Counted from the first letter of the stretch, positions 1 to 11,154 are shown. The stretch: DNA of 64,000 nt from Candidatus Poribacteria bacterium (GCA_965215265.1 OZ244048.1:3680001-3744000); one strand, 5' to 3'. A program made the numbers and translations. The notes: generated by a model not told the origin, from the sequence alone.

Positions 1-184
1 GTTGGCCAAGGCGGTGCCGTAGAAAGACTCAATGTCCGTGCCCATGATAAATGCACCTGGTGGAATCAGGATAGTATTGGAGGATATTTGCTTTTGATTC
101 ATTTTTTGTTGATTAAAGCAGTGAGAACAGGTGGATGTAAAGCATCTGGTGCCCATCTCGTCCGCGACACTGTGACCGTCTCCT

Positions 185-961
185 TTAGAAATTCCACGTG
201 TCTGTAGCGTACTTAGTTCTCGCTAACGTCTCTGCTTGTTCATATTCAGCAGTCGATAATTTTGCTAAGCGAAACGTGAATATAGGCTGAAAAGTTTCAC
301 AAATCGCTTGGATCAACGTGCTTCTGCTCATAGAATGTCCATCAGTATTGATGGCGGTTGACTTTTCGCATATCAGATGTTGAACGTCCGGATCTTTTGA
401 GACATGTGCCAAGATAGTAGGCGGCGGCATTTCTAAGGAGATGTACCCTTGAAACAACATCCCGTTCCGATTGCGTCGCACAGAGACTCCGGAGACCTTT
501 TTGTGATTGAGTATCACGTCGTGTCGCACAGGATTTGCTAAACAGATATTCCGGGTATCAGTATCCGGGCAGCCAACATGACGTTGCACGGGAATGCCAC
601 ACTTCTCAAATGCCGCTACAAGACGTTCTGCAATATGAAGATATATCTCAGAAACATCCATATCACCAGGGCGGCGCGGGACAATCAGTGAGTAAGTTAA
701 ATCCCAGCCATGCACAACAGTACCGCCGCCCGTCATGCGTCTCACCAATTCGATTCCCGCTATACGGCAAGAATCCACATCAACTTCCTCGCGAATCTTC
801 TGAAAGTAGCCAAAGCTGAAAGCAGGAGGCATCCAGCCATAAAATCGCAGCATTGGACAAGGCTCTTCTTTTTGCGACAATAGCAGTACCTCATCAATTG
901 CCATGTTCATTGCTGCGCTGTTTTTCGCTATATTTATCCCCCGTTTGATTGCGGGAATCAT
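185..961 (-). CDS. lipoate--protein ligase / octanoyltransferase family (LplA/LipM-like)
   Basis: NMAIDE, LRFYGW, VRRMTGGGTVVH and KKVSG motifs typical of the BPL/LplA family. Confidence 0.85.
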   Translation of the reverse strand: MIPAIKRGINIAKNSAAMNMAIDEVLLLSQKEEPCPMLRFYGWMPPAFSFGYFQKIREEVDVDSCRIAGIELVRRMTGGGTVVHGWDLTYSLIVPRRPGDMDVSEIYLHIAERLVAAFEKCGIPVQRHVGCPDTDTRNICLANPVRHDVILNHKKVSGVSVRRNRNGMLFQGYISLEMPPPTILAHVSKDPDVQHLICEKSTAINTDGHSMSRSTLIQAICETFQPIFTFRLAKLSTAEYEQAETLARTKYATDTWNF

Positions 962-1590
962 GATAACGCGACTCGGCAGACTGCCCCGGTATGTGCATCG
1001 CAGTACCAGAAGTAGCCATCCCAGTATGTCATACCGTGCGGTTCTGGGTGCGGTTCCGGAATCTCAATTCTGTTTAAATGGCTACCATCTTTTGGACTAA
1101 GATGGAAGATGGCACGATGATTTGTCTCAACACACCAGAGATCGTCGCCCACCCATGCGATGCCGTGCGGCCTGTCCCCAGGGGCAGGAAATGTATGAAT
1201 AACCGTGAAATCATCAGCAACATCCACTTGATAGATAGTCGCAGACGGCGGAACTGCCATCCAGAGTTTATCGTCGCGCCATTCTAACCCGTGTGCACCG
1301 GTTTGCCCCGCACCCGGTGTTTCGTAAGAGGCAATCGTCTGACCGCTTTCTGGGTCAGTAGACAGAATTTCGCAACTATAGGTTGAGGCTAACCAGAGCG
1401 TCGTGCCTGTATCTGTAATGCCGCTCCCTCTATCGGAACCGGTGGCGAGTGTTTTTTGGACCACACCGTCATAGGATACGAGATGTACTTCGTTGGTCTG
1501 TTGGTCGAGAATCCAGAGCCCCGCTTCAGTCGCTTGCATTCCGTTGGGTTGGGGACCTGGAGCATCAAAAATCTTTTCAATTGTTGACAT
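958..1590 (-). CDS. beta-propeller protein (glutamine cyclotransferase/YncE-like)
   Basis: Repeated P-H-G-x-x-W-x-G-x-x-L-W blades; start refined to ATG 1590 after a GAGGT RBS. Confidence 0.6.
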   Translation of the reverse strand: MSTIEKIFDAPGPQPNGMQATEAGLWILDQQTNEVHLVSYDGVVQKTLATGSDRGSGITDTGTTLWLASTYSCEILSTDPESGQTIASYETPGAGQTGAHGLEWRDDKLWMAVPPSATIYQVDVADDFTVIHTFPAPGDRPHGIAWVGDDLWCVETNHRAIFHLSPKDGSHLNRIEIPEPHPEPHGMTYWDGYFWYCDAHTGAVCRVALS

Positions 1591-1798
1591 GAGAAACCTC
1601 CGTATCTGCACGTTAGCGTGTTACAAGTCGCAAACTTCAGAAACAGATCTGATTTGGGGTTTCATTGTACGCTATCTTGTTCGAGGTGTCAAGTTTTTTT
1701 ACTGTCTGAGTCAGGATTTACATGATTAGAGGGTTTGCAGGATTTCTTCACGCGATGCCCACTCAAGGCTGCGAGGCAGTCGTTAGTTTTTGGAGCAT

Positions 1799-2218
1799 CT
1801 ATGTGTCGCGCCCGCTGCATTTTACTAGAATTTGCATAAGGCTCATGATTTGCTCTGTACTGTCGTTATCAATTAAAGAAATGAGTCGGAATTTGCTTTT
1901 GTACTGAATTCGTCGATATATGGCATCTGCCAAGTGGGTTTGGGAATATGGCGTTTCGTGAAGACGTTTTCCAATCAATCGTTTGTAAGAAATCCTTGTA
2001 CGATTCATCAAGGGCAAGGTAAATAGCAGGAAGGTGAAATATATGAGCAGCTCGAAACAGACTTGTTGAATGTGAGACGTTTCATTTAGCGGTACAGGTG
2101 AGAAGATAGCGAGGATAATGCTACTTACAATAACCGCAAGGAGCGCACGCCACACGAATGTTCTCGCTCGAAGCTTTTCAAACGGAGTTATGTCGAGGGA
2201 CGTATTCATGAGCATCAT
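1799..2218 (-). CDS. small hypothetical membrane protein, possibly a truncated remnant
   Basis: 139-aa ORF with two hydrophobic segments; no recognisable motif. Confidence 0.3.
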   Translation of the reverse strand: MMLMNTSLDITPFEKLRARTFVWRALLAVIVSSIILAIFSPVPLNETSHIQQVCFELLIYFTFLLFTLPLMNRTRISYKRLIGKRLHETPYSQTHLADAIYRRIQYKSKFRLISLIDNDSTEQIMSLMQILVKCSGRDT

Positions 2219-2251
2219 TCTGCGTCGGAAGCAGGAGATTTCAGCGTGAAG

Positions 2252-2294
2252 CCTGATTGTTAGCCTAGCGCCTGCACTAGGTCTAACAATCAGG
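2252..2294. repeat. intergenic palindrome (terminator or REP-like hairpin)
   Basis: CCTGATTGTTAG-CCTAG...CTAGG-T-CTAACAATCAGG inverted repeat downstream of the S66 peptidase gene. Confidence 0.5.
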
Positions 2295-2334
2295 TAGTTC
2301 CGCCGGGCAAGACAGGACTAGTCGTTGATTTCAA

Positions 2335-3384
2335 CTAAGGTGTAACTGCCGATTCGGCAATGGTAATTTGCCGCACGAACGAGTCAATCCGAACGCGCAA
2401 GCCTAAGGGTATGACGAACATCGGATCGGTGTGGCCAAAATCCATATTTGTGACGATCGGCATGCTGTGTAACCGATATTCTTCCCTAACTGTATTGCAA
2501 AGCACGTCCTCATATTCGACAAAAACTTCCGGCTTAACCGGACCGCCCGGTCTTCCGAGCAAAATGCCGCTGAGTTTTTCAAGAACATTCATCGCGGCGA
2601 GACATCGGATGAACCGTGTCAACATGGAGGGAGGTGGTGCTTCCTCAGAGGTTTCAAGTGAAAGTACTGCTCCTTGAAGAGATTCAGTAGGAGGCCAATA
2701 CGAAGTTCCGCGGAGCCAGTCTAATACTTCAACACATCCTCCAAAAAGCTGCCCTTCAACGATGCCATCATTTTGATGAAATTTCCAACCTGTACAGGGT
2801 TTCATTTTTCGTTTAATTGACTGATTTGCCGGTTCTGCCCAATCCAGATGCTCTACCGTCCATCCGGTTCGGTTAGGTTCTATAATCCCAATCGGCTCAT
2901 CGGAAAACAAGGTCCGGCGGACCGAATCCACCATGTACGGAAACATTCCTGTATTTTCAGCAAAACCAGCCATAATTGAAGGGCCATAGAATGAAACGAG
3001 CCCTGCTTTAAAACAGGCGGCGTGCGATATAGTAGTATCCGAATATCCCATGAAGACCTTCGGATTATCTCTGAGGACATCTAAATTAAGATAGGGTAGG
3101 ATGCGGATGGAATCCTCTCCGCCAATAGTAGATATGATTCCGTTGATGGAATCATCAGCAAAGGCGGCCATCAAATCCTCAGCACGGGCTTTCGGGTTCT
3201 TGGAGAGCCAATCCGGATCTCGCAACGCATGCTTGGTTTCAATAACGGTTACGTCGAATCCTTCCTCAAGTTGTCTTTTCCCAGCTTCATAGCGACGTGG
3301 AAACTTTCCTGCACCGCCCCACGACAATGAAATTGCAGCGATGCGATCTCCAGGGTGCAACATTTTTGGTTTAATCATGTTCAT
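2335..3384 (-). CDS. S66 family LD-carboxypeptidase (MccF-like)
   Basis: GGEDS, GYSD (catalytic Ser), LETSEE and DFGHTDP motifs. Confidence 0.9.
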   Translation of the reverse strand: MNMIKPKMLHPGDRIAAISLSWGGAGKFPRRYEAGKRQLEEGFDVTVIETKHALRDPDWLSKNPKARAEDLMAAFADDSINGIISTIGGEDSIRILPYLNLDVLRDNPKVFMGYSDTTISHAACFKAGLVSFYGPSIMAGFAENTGMFPYMVDSVRRTLFSDEPIGIIEPNRTGWTVEHLDWAEPANQSIKRKMKPCTGWKFHQNDGIVEGQLFGGCVEVLDWLRGTSYWPPTESLQGAVLSLETSEEAPPPSMLTRFIRCLAAMNVLEKLSGILLGRPGGPVKPEVFVEYEDVLCNTVREEYRLHSMPIVTNMDFGHTDPMFVIPLGLRVRIDSFVRQITIAESAVTP

Positions 3385-3404
3385 TTGAATAGAAACCTAA
3401 AATT

Positions 3405-3428
3405 AGGCGGGACAAGACTGTCCCGCCT
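3405..3428 (-). terminator. stem-loop, probable intrinsic terminator
   Basis: AGGCGGGACA-agac-TGTCCCGCCT just after the stop of the binding-protein gene. Confidence 0.5.
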
Positions 3429-3438
3429 GAAAGAAGCG

Positions 3439-4691
3439 TTACGGTGACACCACCTGGTGCAATCGCATCTCACCGTTTGTGATAGTAGTGATGACACCGC
3501 TCTTAATCGGCTGACGTTTTTCGTTGTAATGCGACAGTTTTGCTGCCCCGTTGTAGTCCAGCGTCGCTGCGAGTTGGTTGCGAATTGCACTTGTCGTCAA
3601 ACTATCTGCACGCTGCATCGCCTGGACCAAAATCCTAACCGCATCGTAACCGAGCGAGGCAGGGCCATCAGGCGGTATTCCAAACATTTCTGTGTAAGCC
3701 ATCACAAAATGACTTGCCTCTTCATTCTGTGCTGCAAAATGATTAACAAAGAAACTTCCTTCAAGTGCAGCACCACCGGTCGGAATTAACTCAGGACTGT
3801 CCCAACCGTCACCACCGATAAAAGTTGCTGTAATACCAGCTTCTCTTGCCTGTTTAACCACTAACGGAACCTCTGGGACGAAGCCGGGCAGAAAGACGAC
3901 ATCTGGTGACATAGCAGCAATCTCGGTTAATTGTGCTGTGAAATTGACGCTGCCAGCGGTGTAAAATTGTTGCAGCACTTCAACGCCTGCAGCAGATTCA
4001 AGAAAGTTCCCAATGAAGAATTGGGATAATCCCACCGAATATGCATTGTCGTTTTGAGTCAGGATGTAAGCACTCGTTGCAGATAAGGATTCAACGGCAA
4101 ACCGAGCGATTAATTCGCCCTGGTAGTTATCAGTGAACGCACCCATAAATACAAAGTCACCTGCATCAGGGACAGTGGGATTAGTAGGATAAGTTGTCAC
4201 CATAGGTATCTTAGCAGCTTGGACAACGGGGCCGACCTCTAGAGCATGCGGTGACCAGTCAGGCCCGACGATGCCTAATACACCCTCGGCAATCAACTTT
4301 TGTGCTAATTCAACGCTGCGTTGTGTATCGTTTGTGTCGTCTTTCGGATGAGCACGATCGGCATCCCATCTACACCGCCGGTGTCGTTCAATTCACTCAC
4401 CGCTAATTGTGCCCCGTTTAACGTCGTCCCTGGGATAGGTGTTGAATAGAGGAATCCAATTTTGATCGCCTTGTTGCTCTCATGAATTGGCACACTTTCT
4501 GGGTCTGCAGGAAGAACAGTTTGTTGAAGGCGCTCACAACCAGAAAACATGATAGATATGAGCAAAATTGATGCTAAGAATCCATAAACTGTTATGGTAC
4601 TGATTACAGTTTGATGATGGTTTTTGTTTCGATTATTCATAAAAAAATTCCTTTTGAAGTCTGTTTTTATATTCGATTTGTGAATTTCCAT
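3439..4691 (-). pseudogene. branched-chain amino-acid ABC substrate-binding lipoprotein (LivJ-like), split by a 1-nt frameshift near 4343
   Basis: 4305..4691 has the lipobox (FSGC) and KIGFL..GAQLAVSELNDTGGVDG; adding one A at CGA-AA-GAC joins it to 3439..4296 (RKDDTNDTQRSVELAQKLIAEGVLGIVGP). Confidence 0.75.
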
Positions 4692-4854
4692 TGCTACATT
4701 TGCTTAGGTAATTCCCTCAATCGTCACCTTGTGAATCACATTTCCAAGGTGACCTTTAGGGTTCCACAGTTAGTTGAAGCACTGCGTACTCCATTTATCG
4801 TCATAAGCCCGATTATGATTTTTTGCTTTCATCATAATGTCCCCGAATATCAGT

Positions 4855-6498
4855 TTATGACGGTTCCGCACCAATTTTCTCTCTGGCTTCTAAGACCTTT
4901 GAAACGACGGCTTCAATATTGCCTTCATCGACAAAAGGCGACAAAATGTACGATTTTAACGCCACAATAGGTTCGTTATATTGGGTCTGTCGGTAGCATT
5001 CAGTTGTAGAAATGACAACACCGCGTCCTTCCATGGCTTCCGAGTGGACGTATTGAAAAATTTCGCGGTTGTAGGCGTTGTGAGCAAGTAGTGTGTCCCG
5101 ATAGGTTGCATCCTCAAATTCCTGTCGCTTGATTGCGAAGGTATCAATCCCTATGGGATAAGTGCGGAAAAGCGTTACGGTTCCGAAGTTATCGCGGTTG
5201 AGGACGCTTGTGCCTTCGTTTCCGTCAAGATGCTCGCGTAGGAGTTGTGTCATTTCAACGATGTGCCCGAGGACAACACGCAAACCGTGCAAACCGAACA
5301 GACGAAAATTAGCGAGTGCGGCCAGGGGGCCCGTCCCGGCTCTAGAAGTTTCAAGCGTGTACATGCCGGGGCGATGTTCACCGAAGTGATAAAGATACGG
5401 CATCTGATTAGGATGTCGTGTTACTAATTTTAGATCTTCGCTATTTTTTACCAGGACGAGACTGGAGATATAAGGGGTAAAACCTGTTTTGTGAAAGTCG
5501 ACACCGATGGAATCTGCTAGTGCTAAATGACGAATTCTGCGGCGTGCGCCTGCAAGTGCACGGAGGGTACGTGGACGAAAACCTAGCGGGTTGTCATCAA
5601 AATCGTAGTCATTGAACACCGACCAAGCCCACCCGATGACTGCATCAGCGTGTATGTGCGGCCGGTAATCCAGTTGGAATTCATCAACGAGTGTATCTCG
5701 TAATGCAACAATTGCTTGTAAATCGTCTAATCCGAATGCATCTGTGGTTCCCAATGTTGCAATAATCGCGGCAATCTTTTTTCCATCCATGAGTGCTGCG
5801 CGAACGGCTTCTTCAAGCAGCACCAAATCTATTTCGTTGTCTATGGTTGTCGGAATCGCCACTAAATTGTCTGTACCAATACCGAGCCAGCCTACAATGC
5901 TAGTAGCACAATAGTGTCCTGCATCTGATACGAATACGACGACATCTTCAGGGGTGCCTTTACGCATCGATTCAGGGCACGCCTTTTCCAACCCAATCTT
6001 CACACCGTAGAGTGTCGTGCCTGTGCCCCCAAAAGTAAACACCCCGGTCGCTTGTTCCGGCTCATATCCGATAAGTTGTGCAGTGATGCTAACCGCTTCA
6101 ACCTCTGCCAATGCGACGAGTCGACTGTATTCATCCCAGGCGATATTTGGGTTATGTAAAGAAGCGAGCAAGACCCCGATGAGACTGGGAATTGTGGGTG
6201 GGGCGATGACATTTTGTTGCGTGCAAGGATGCCCGAAAACAGTCATACCACGGAGATAATTCACGAGTTCAGCCGCGACATCCTCAACGGACGACATAGC
6301 ATCGGGTAATGTTGTGTGTCGTGCCTTCTCGAAATCGCCGTGTATAACACTACCGAGGATCGGCAGGTGTGTTTTCAGTGTGTCAACTCTATCCAAGGCA
6401 CGCATAATAGAATGCACGAAGTACGAGTCATGGATAGGATCCGATATAGGTTGCGGAAAAGCAAGCCGGATTTTTTCTAAACTGTCACGGTAAGTCAT
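4855..6498 (-). CDS. PLP-dependent group II amino-acid decarboxylase
   Basis: GVFTFGGT, ATLGTTDAFGLD, HADA and DSIGVDFHK (PLP lysine) motifs. Confidence 0.9.
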   Translation of the reverse strand: MTYRDSLEKIRLAFPQPISDPIHDSYFVHSIMRALDRVDTLKTHLPILGSVIHGDFEKARHTTLPDAMSSVEDVAAELVNYLRGMTVFGHPCTQQNVIAPPTIPSLIGVLLASLHNPNIAWDEYSRLVALAEVEAVSITAQLIGYEPEQATGVFTFGGTGTTLYGVKIGLEKACPESMRKGTPEDVVVFVSDAGHYCATSIVGWLGIGTDNLVAIPTTIDNEIDLVLLEEAVRAALMDGKKIAAIIATLGTTDAFGLDDLQAIVALRDTLVDEFQLDYRPHIHADAVIGWAWSVFNDYDFDDNPLGFRPRTLRALAGARRRIRHLALADSIGVDFHKTGFTPYISSLVLVKNSEDLKLVTRHPNQMPYLYHFGEHRPGMYTLETSRAGTGPLAALANFRLFGLHGLRVVLGHIVEMTQLLREHLDGNEGTSVLNRDNFGTVTLFRTYPIGIDTFAIKRQEFEDATYRDTLLAHNAYNREIFQYVHSEAMEGRGVVISTTECYRQTQYNEPIVALKSYILSPFVDEGNIEAVVSKVLEAREKIGAEPS

Positions 6499-6606
6499 CT
6501 ATGGTTTTAACTCCAAAATTGATAGGATAATTTTACCTGAAAGGCTATCGCTGCAAGATGCACGGATGCAGACTTTGTCTATAAGAGACTCAGTCTTTCG
6601 GGTGGG

Positions 6607-6653
6607 GAAAAGGGTTGTCGGTTCGGATTCTATCCGAACCGACAACCCTTTTC
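6607..6653 (-). terminator. intrinsic terminator, perfect 22-bp inverted repeat
   Basis: GAAAAGGGTTGTCGGTTCGGAT-tct-ATCCGAACCGACAACCCTTTTC just past the TonB receptor stop. Confidence 0.8.
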
Positions 6654-6669
6654 TATCGTTGCTACAGTG

Positions 6670-9300
6670 TTAGAAATTATAGTTGACTTTAGCGTACCAG
6701 AACGCACCACCAAAGCCATAAGGACTGTACTCGCCGAAGGGCCTACCAACTATTTCAGCCGGGAAACTTTTTTCCTCTGTCCCTTCGGGCGTAGACGAGG
6801 TGATATTGTCCGGCTCAACATTGAGAATATTTTGAACGCCAATTGTGATTCCAATGTTTTCGATAAATGATAAGTTCGTTTCAAGGTCGACTAAGAAGGC
6901 CTCCCCGTATGTTTGTTCCCCGACAGCGTTCTCATACCAAGGGCCATAATAATTGACGCGCCCCAGAATTCCGAAATTATCAATGATAGCTTGTGTTAAT
7001 GTCACATTCCCGCGGTGCTTCGGAAGCCCTTCTTCCAATAGCCGGACGCGAGTGTCGTCCAGGATGTCAGGGTTGCGTTTTGTAACCTCGGTAGCTGTGT
7101 AATTGTAAACAAAACTCAGAGTCCCTTTACCGAATGGAGCTGTGAGAACCACGTCGATACCTTGGGTGCTGGTTTCAAATTCATTGGTAAAAAATCGAAA
7201 TTCTTGCAGATTCGCTGCACTTGTGATGCCTTCAGCGACTAGCTGCTCGATTTGTGTCTCTGTAATATCCTGGCCACGGAGGAAGTCTTTTGAAGGGGCC
7301 AATCGATCCTCCACCTTGATATTGAAATAGTCAATGGTTAGACTGGCAATATCATGATCGATAACCGTGCCGACGGAAAAGTTCTGTGATTTTTCCGGTT
7401 CAAGTTGTTTGCCGCCGACTAGCTTCGCCGCATCATGAGTAGAAGGAATTGTTCCTTTATTGACTAGCGTATTGTTTTCGCCGAATTCAGTTGTGACGTT
7501 AAAGGCGTTTTGTTGCCCTGGAGTCGGTGCCCTGAACCCGGTGCTGTAACTGCCGCGGACCCTCAGGTTAAGGATGGACTCAACCGCGAGGAATTCTTCA
7601 AGCGTGTCTGTAATACCATAATTGGTTGCGACTTTGTAATTAAGGGTGCTCCCAAAATCATCAAAGTATTCGCCGCGCACAGCGGCACTCAGGATCCAAA
7701 AGTCAAGAGGTCTCAATTCCGTTTCCAAGTAGCCAGCAAAGTTGGAGCGGGTCCAACTGCCTTCGGCAATATCACTGAAACCGGGGAAACCGTTAGAACC
7801 TGAGCTAAATCCCTGGCTCGCCAACGGGCCAATTTTCCAAGATTCAAGCTGGCCCTGAACAATTTCAAAAGTTTCAGTACGATATTCCAACCCCGACGCG
7901 AGAAACACCATGTCGTGTAGGGGGTAAGTTGCGTCAAGGTTAACGTTGGTATCGGCTTGGATATAATCGCCAGGGTCGAATTCAGTAGGTGTTTCGGGCC
8001 CCAAGGAGGCATTAACGGTATTCATGATAAAGAAATCCGAGGCATGCCGCCCGTAAGAAGCACTTAGATTCCATCCCAGTTTATCCACAGCGATTCCTTT
8101 CAGGCCGACAAGAATAGAGGTATCCAGTGTGTTGGCACCGAAGCGGGGCGTGAACCCACCAGGAAAAAGTTCTTGGAAGGTGAAAAGATTGGGGTCATTG
8201 AAAACCTGTTGCAAGGCGACTGGATCCGGTACCCCGTTGGTTATCTTTACGATAGGGACCTCGCCTGTACCCGCTAAACGTCCGATGAGCAAGGTTTCCC
8301 CTTCATCGTTACTAAAGACCGCTGGGCGGGTATTAGGATTTCGAAAGTAGAATCCACCTTCTACTTCTTTCTGTGCGTAGTTCGCATGACCGTAGAACTT
8401 GATGTCATCAACAATGTTGGCACCGTAGTTCGCAAAAAGTTTGACATCGTTTCTAATAATGGGGTGGCCCCAAGGTTGTGCTGGATCTGCTACATCTTCA
8501 TTTCCGGCACTGATAAGTGCCTCTGCATCATCTCGCTGCACCGAACGGTCCGTTTCATTTGCGTTACCGTACTCTAAACTGAGGTTCGTCCAGAGATCTT
8601 CTCGTCCTAAGCCTATATTACCCGCGACAGAATATGTCAAGCCATCTCCCGCTTGGAAGATACCCGGTTTAATTTGCAAGGACCCGCCTTTGTAACTATC
8701 TTTCAATTGTAGATTCATCACGCCAGCAATAGCATCAGAACCGTATTGCGCGGATGCCCCGTCTCTAAGGACCTCCGTCTGTTTCAGCGCGATCGCTGGG
8801 ATAGGAGATAGGTCAGCCCCTTGGGAGCCATCAGATAGCCCATTTCCGAGCCAATAAATGACTGAGGCGCGATGGCGGCGTTTACCGTTAACGAGTAACA
8901 AGGTGTGATCGGGGGCCAATCCGCGTAGATTCGCTGGGCGCACGACGGTTGCTGCATCCGATATAGGTTGTGCATTCACATTATAAGATGGAACAACATT
9001 TCTTAAAAGATCCGGTAAATCGGTGCCACCTTGCTTGATAAATTCATCGCCGCCAAGCACATCAATCGGCACGGCAGAATTAAGCACTGAACGTGGGCGT
9101 GCACGGGAACCCACGGTCACAACACCTTCAAGCTCTACAACTTCTTCCACTGAAGTTTTCGCAGATTCAGATTCTGTTTCGCCGGTTCCTTCGTCGGCTC
9201 CATGTGCATCAGCCTCTGCTATTGCTGGAAGCAAAACAAAAACCCCTGCAATAAAACTAAGCATCAAAGCAATTAATTTTAAAGTCAATATTCGTTTCAT
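6670..9300 (-). CDS. TonB-dependent outer-membrane receptor
   Basis: Signal peptide, VVTVGSR TonB-box region, plug motifs LRGL..LLLVNG and EVLRDGASAQYGSDAIAGV, C-terminal YNF. Confidence 0.95.
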   Translation of the reverse strand: MKRILTLKLIALMLSFIAGVFVLLPAIAEADAHGADEGTGETESESAKTSVEEVVELEGVVTVGSRARPRSVLNSAVPIDVLGGDEFIKQGGTDLPDLLRNVVPSYNVNAQPISDAATVVRPANLRGLAPDHTLLLVNGKRRHRASVIYWLGNGLSDGSQGADLSPIPAIALKQTEVLRDGASAQYGSDAIAGVMNLQLKDSYKGGSLQIKPGIFQAGDGLTYSVAGNIGLGREDLWTNLSLEYGNANETDRSVQRDDAEALISAGNEDVADPAQPWGHPIIRNDVKLFANYGANIVDDIKFYGHANYAQKEVEGGFYFRNPNTRPAVFSNDEGETLLIGRLAGTGEVPIVKITNGVPDPVALQQVFNDPNLFTFQELFPGGFTPRFGANTLDTSILVGLKGIAVDKLGWNLSASYGRHASDFFIMNTVNASLGPETPTEFDPGDYIQADTNVNLDATYPLHDMVFLASGLEYRTETFEIVQGQLESWKIGPLASQGFSSGSNGFPGFSDIAEGSWTRSNFAGYLETELRPLDFWILSAAVRGEYFDDFGSTLNYKVATNYGITDTLEEFLAVESILNLRVRGSYSTGFRAPTPGQQNAFNVTTEFGENNTLVNKGTIPSTHDAAKLVGGKQLEPEKSQNFSVGTVIDHDIASLTIDYFNIKVEDRLAPSKDFLRGQDITETQIEQLVAEGITSAANLQEFRFFTNEFETSTQGIDVVLTAPFGKGTLSFVYNYTATEVTKRNPDILDDTRVRLLEEGLPKHRGNVTLTQAIIDNFGILGRVNYYGPWYENAVGEQTYGEAFLVDLETNLSFIENIGITIGVQNILNVEPDNITSSTPEGTEEKSFPAEIVGRPFGEYSPYGFGGAFWYAKVNYNF

Positions 9301-9741
9301 GATCAGACTCCTTAAAAAAGTTTATTATCACCGGCAGGAGAATTGACTCCGGCTGTGATTACATAGTATTTTCTATACCTTATATAATGATGAAATGGCA
9401 CTCGCTTCTAACGCAGCTGCACCGTATTCAATTAACGCTTCAATCCTTAAAAGGATAACAAATTTTAGGGAAATATTCAAAAAAAATCAGACTGTTTTTT
9501 TCACGAACAGAGACAGACGAGGGCTCCTTATGGAAAATCAATCCCGACTTCAGAAGGCCCTATCCTGAACTGTCTAAGATGTCAACACACGCCCTTCATT
9601 AAAACGCGTTCTTAACGGAGTATGAAAAAGCCCCACAGTGTATTCAATTTCTGTTGCCATTAAAAAAAAAGGGTGGTATAATTCCATAGGATGTAAAACA
9701 TTGTAGCGGTTAATTTGGTATCATATACTTTGGAGAATGCT

Positions 9742-11010
9742 GTGAACATTGATACATTAAAAGGGCAAACAGTCGGTGCTGCTGTTTCTGGCGGTTTAGA
9801 TAGCTGCACCATCACCAAATGGCTGGTTGATAACGGTGTTAAAGTGGTCTGCTTCACTGCAGACCTTGGACAGCCGGATGAACGGGATGTCTCGGAGATT
9901 CGGGAACGGATGTTGGCGTGTGGTGCTGAAGAAGCCATCATCGTAGATGCCAAAGCTGCACTTGCAGATGCAGGCGTTCGCCTGATTCAGTGCCAAGCCA
10001 TGTACGAGGGCGGCTATTGGAATACGACCGGCATCGCTAGACACGTGACGGTGAAGGCGCTCTTACCGGAGATGGAAAAACGCGGTATCGATATTCTGAC
10101 GCATGGCGCGACTGGGCGCGGAAATGACCAGGTGCGGTTCCAACTTGCAACGCATATGCTCAATCCGAATTTTTCCGTTTATGCACCCTGGCGGGATGCG
10201 GGTTTTCTGGGAGAATTCGGTGGTAGAAAAGAGATGATAGACTTCTGTGAGGCACGCGGTTTACCTATCACTGCCACGCATGAGAAGCCCTATTCAACAG
10301 ATGCGAACCTGCTGGGATTGACACATGAAGCTGGAAGATTAGAGTCATTGAAAACACCAGCAGGATTTATTACACCAGGGATGGGTGTTCATCCGAAAGA
10401 TGCACCTGATACGGTAGAGCATTTCACCGTTACTTTTGAACGTGGAGTGCCTATTGAAATTAACGGCAGTCCTGTCACACCGCTTCAGAGTTTATTGGCG
10501 GCGAACGAGATTGGCGGAAGAAACGGAGTCGGCATCGGCATTCACACCGTTGAGAACCGGTTTGTTGGGATTAAGAGCCGCGGCGTTTATGAATCCCCCG
10601 GAATGGAATTGCTCGGGACGTGTTATGAGTATCTCTTGCAACTGATTTTAGATAGACGGGCACGTCGACATTTCGATAGCGTCGCCTCTACTATTGCTGA
10701 ACAGATATATCAAGGCTATTGGTTTGATGCCGCGACGCAGGCACTACTCGTGTCAATTGAAGCATTCACACGTTTGGTAACGGGAAGTATCACGGTTGGC
10801 CTTTACAAAGGCAATGTTGCATTCCACGCCGCTGGAGGTGTCCCACATTCACTCTATTCTGAAGAAACGGCATCTATGGAGGCTATCGGGGACTTCGACC
10901 ACGCGGATTCCGAAGGGTTTTTAGGTGTGCTTGCGGTTGGGGCGAGGGCTTCGGCTGTTGCCGGACAAAGTCAAGTTGTATACGAAACCTCTGCAGCGCC
11001 GGATGAATAA
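9742..11010 (+). CDS. argG: argininosuccinate synthase
   Basis: SGGLDS, HGATGRGNDQVRF, YSTDANL and ENRFVGIKSRGVYESPG; GTG start after GGAG. Confidence 0.95.
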   Translation: MNIDTLKGQTVGAAVSGGLDSCTITKWLVDNGVKVVCFTADLGQPDERDVSEIRERMLACGAEEAIIVDAKAALADAGVRLIQCQAMYEGGYWNTTGIARHVTVKALLPEMEKRGIDILTHGATGRGNDQVRFQLATHMLNPNFSVYAPWRDAGFLGEFGGRKEMIDFCEARGLPITATHEKPYSTDANLLGLTHEAGRLESLKTPAGFITPGMGVHPKDAPDTVEHFTVTFERGVPIEINGSPVTPLQSLLAANEIGGRNGVGIGIHTVENRFVGIKSRGVYESPGMELLGTCYEYLLQLILDRRARRHFDSVASTIAEQIYQGYWFDAATQALLVSIEAFTRLVTGSITVGLYKGNVAFHAAGGVPHSLYSEETASMEAIGDFDHADSEGFLGVLAVGARASAVAGQSQVVYETSAAPDE

Positions 11011-11154
11011 GCCTTGGCCTTTTGATGTTTTGTCTTATCTTAAATGCAGATTTTGTATCGGAATTTACCCACCTTGCCTGCGCAAGTAGGCAATTCCGCG
11101 GCACGAATAGCCCTTGCGTTTTACAAGCTGCTGAGCATAGCGAAAAATTTCAGT

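Noticed and set aside
1700-1770. Degenerate CAGGATT-rich stretch resembling a MITE-like repeat
   Set aside because: It is single-copy in this window, so repeat status cannot be shown.
9301-9714. Possible cobalamin or other riboswitch upstream of the TonB receptor
   Set aside because: I found no B12-box or other recognisable aptamer consensus by eye.
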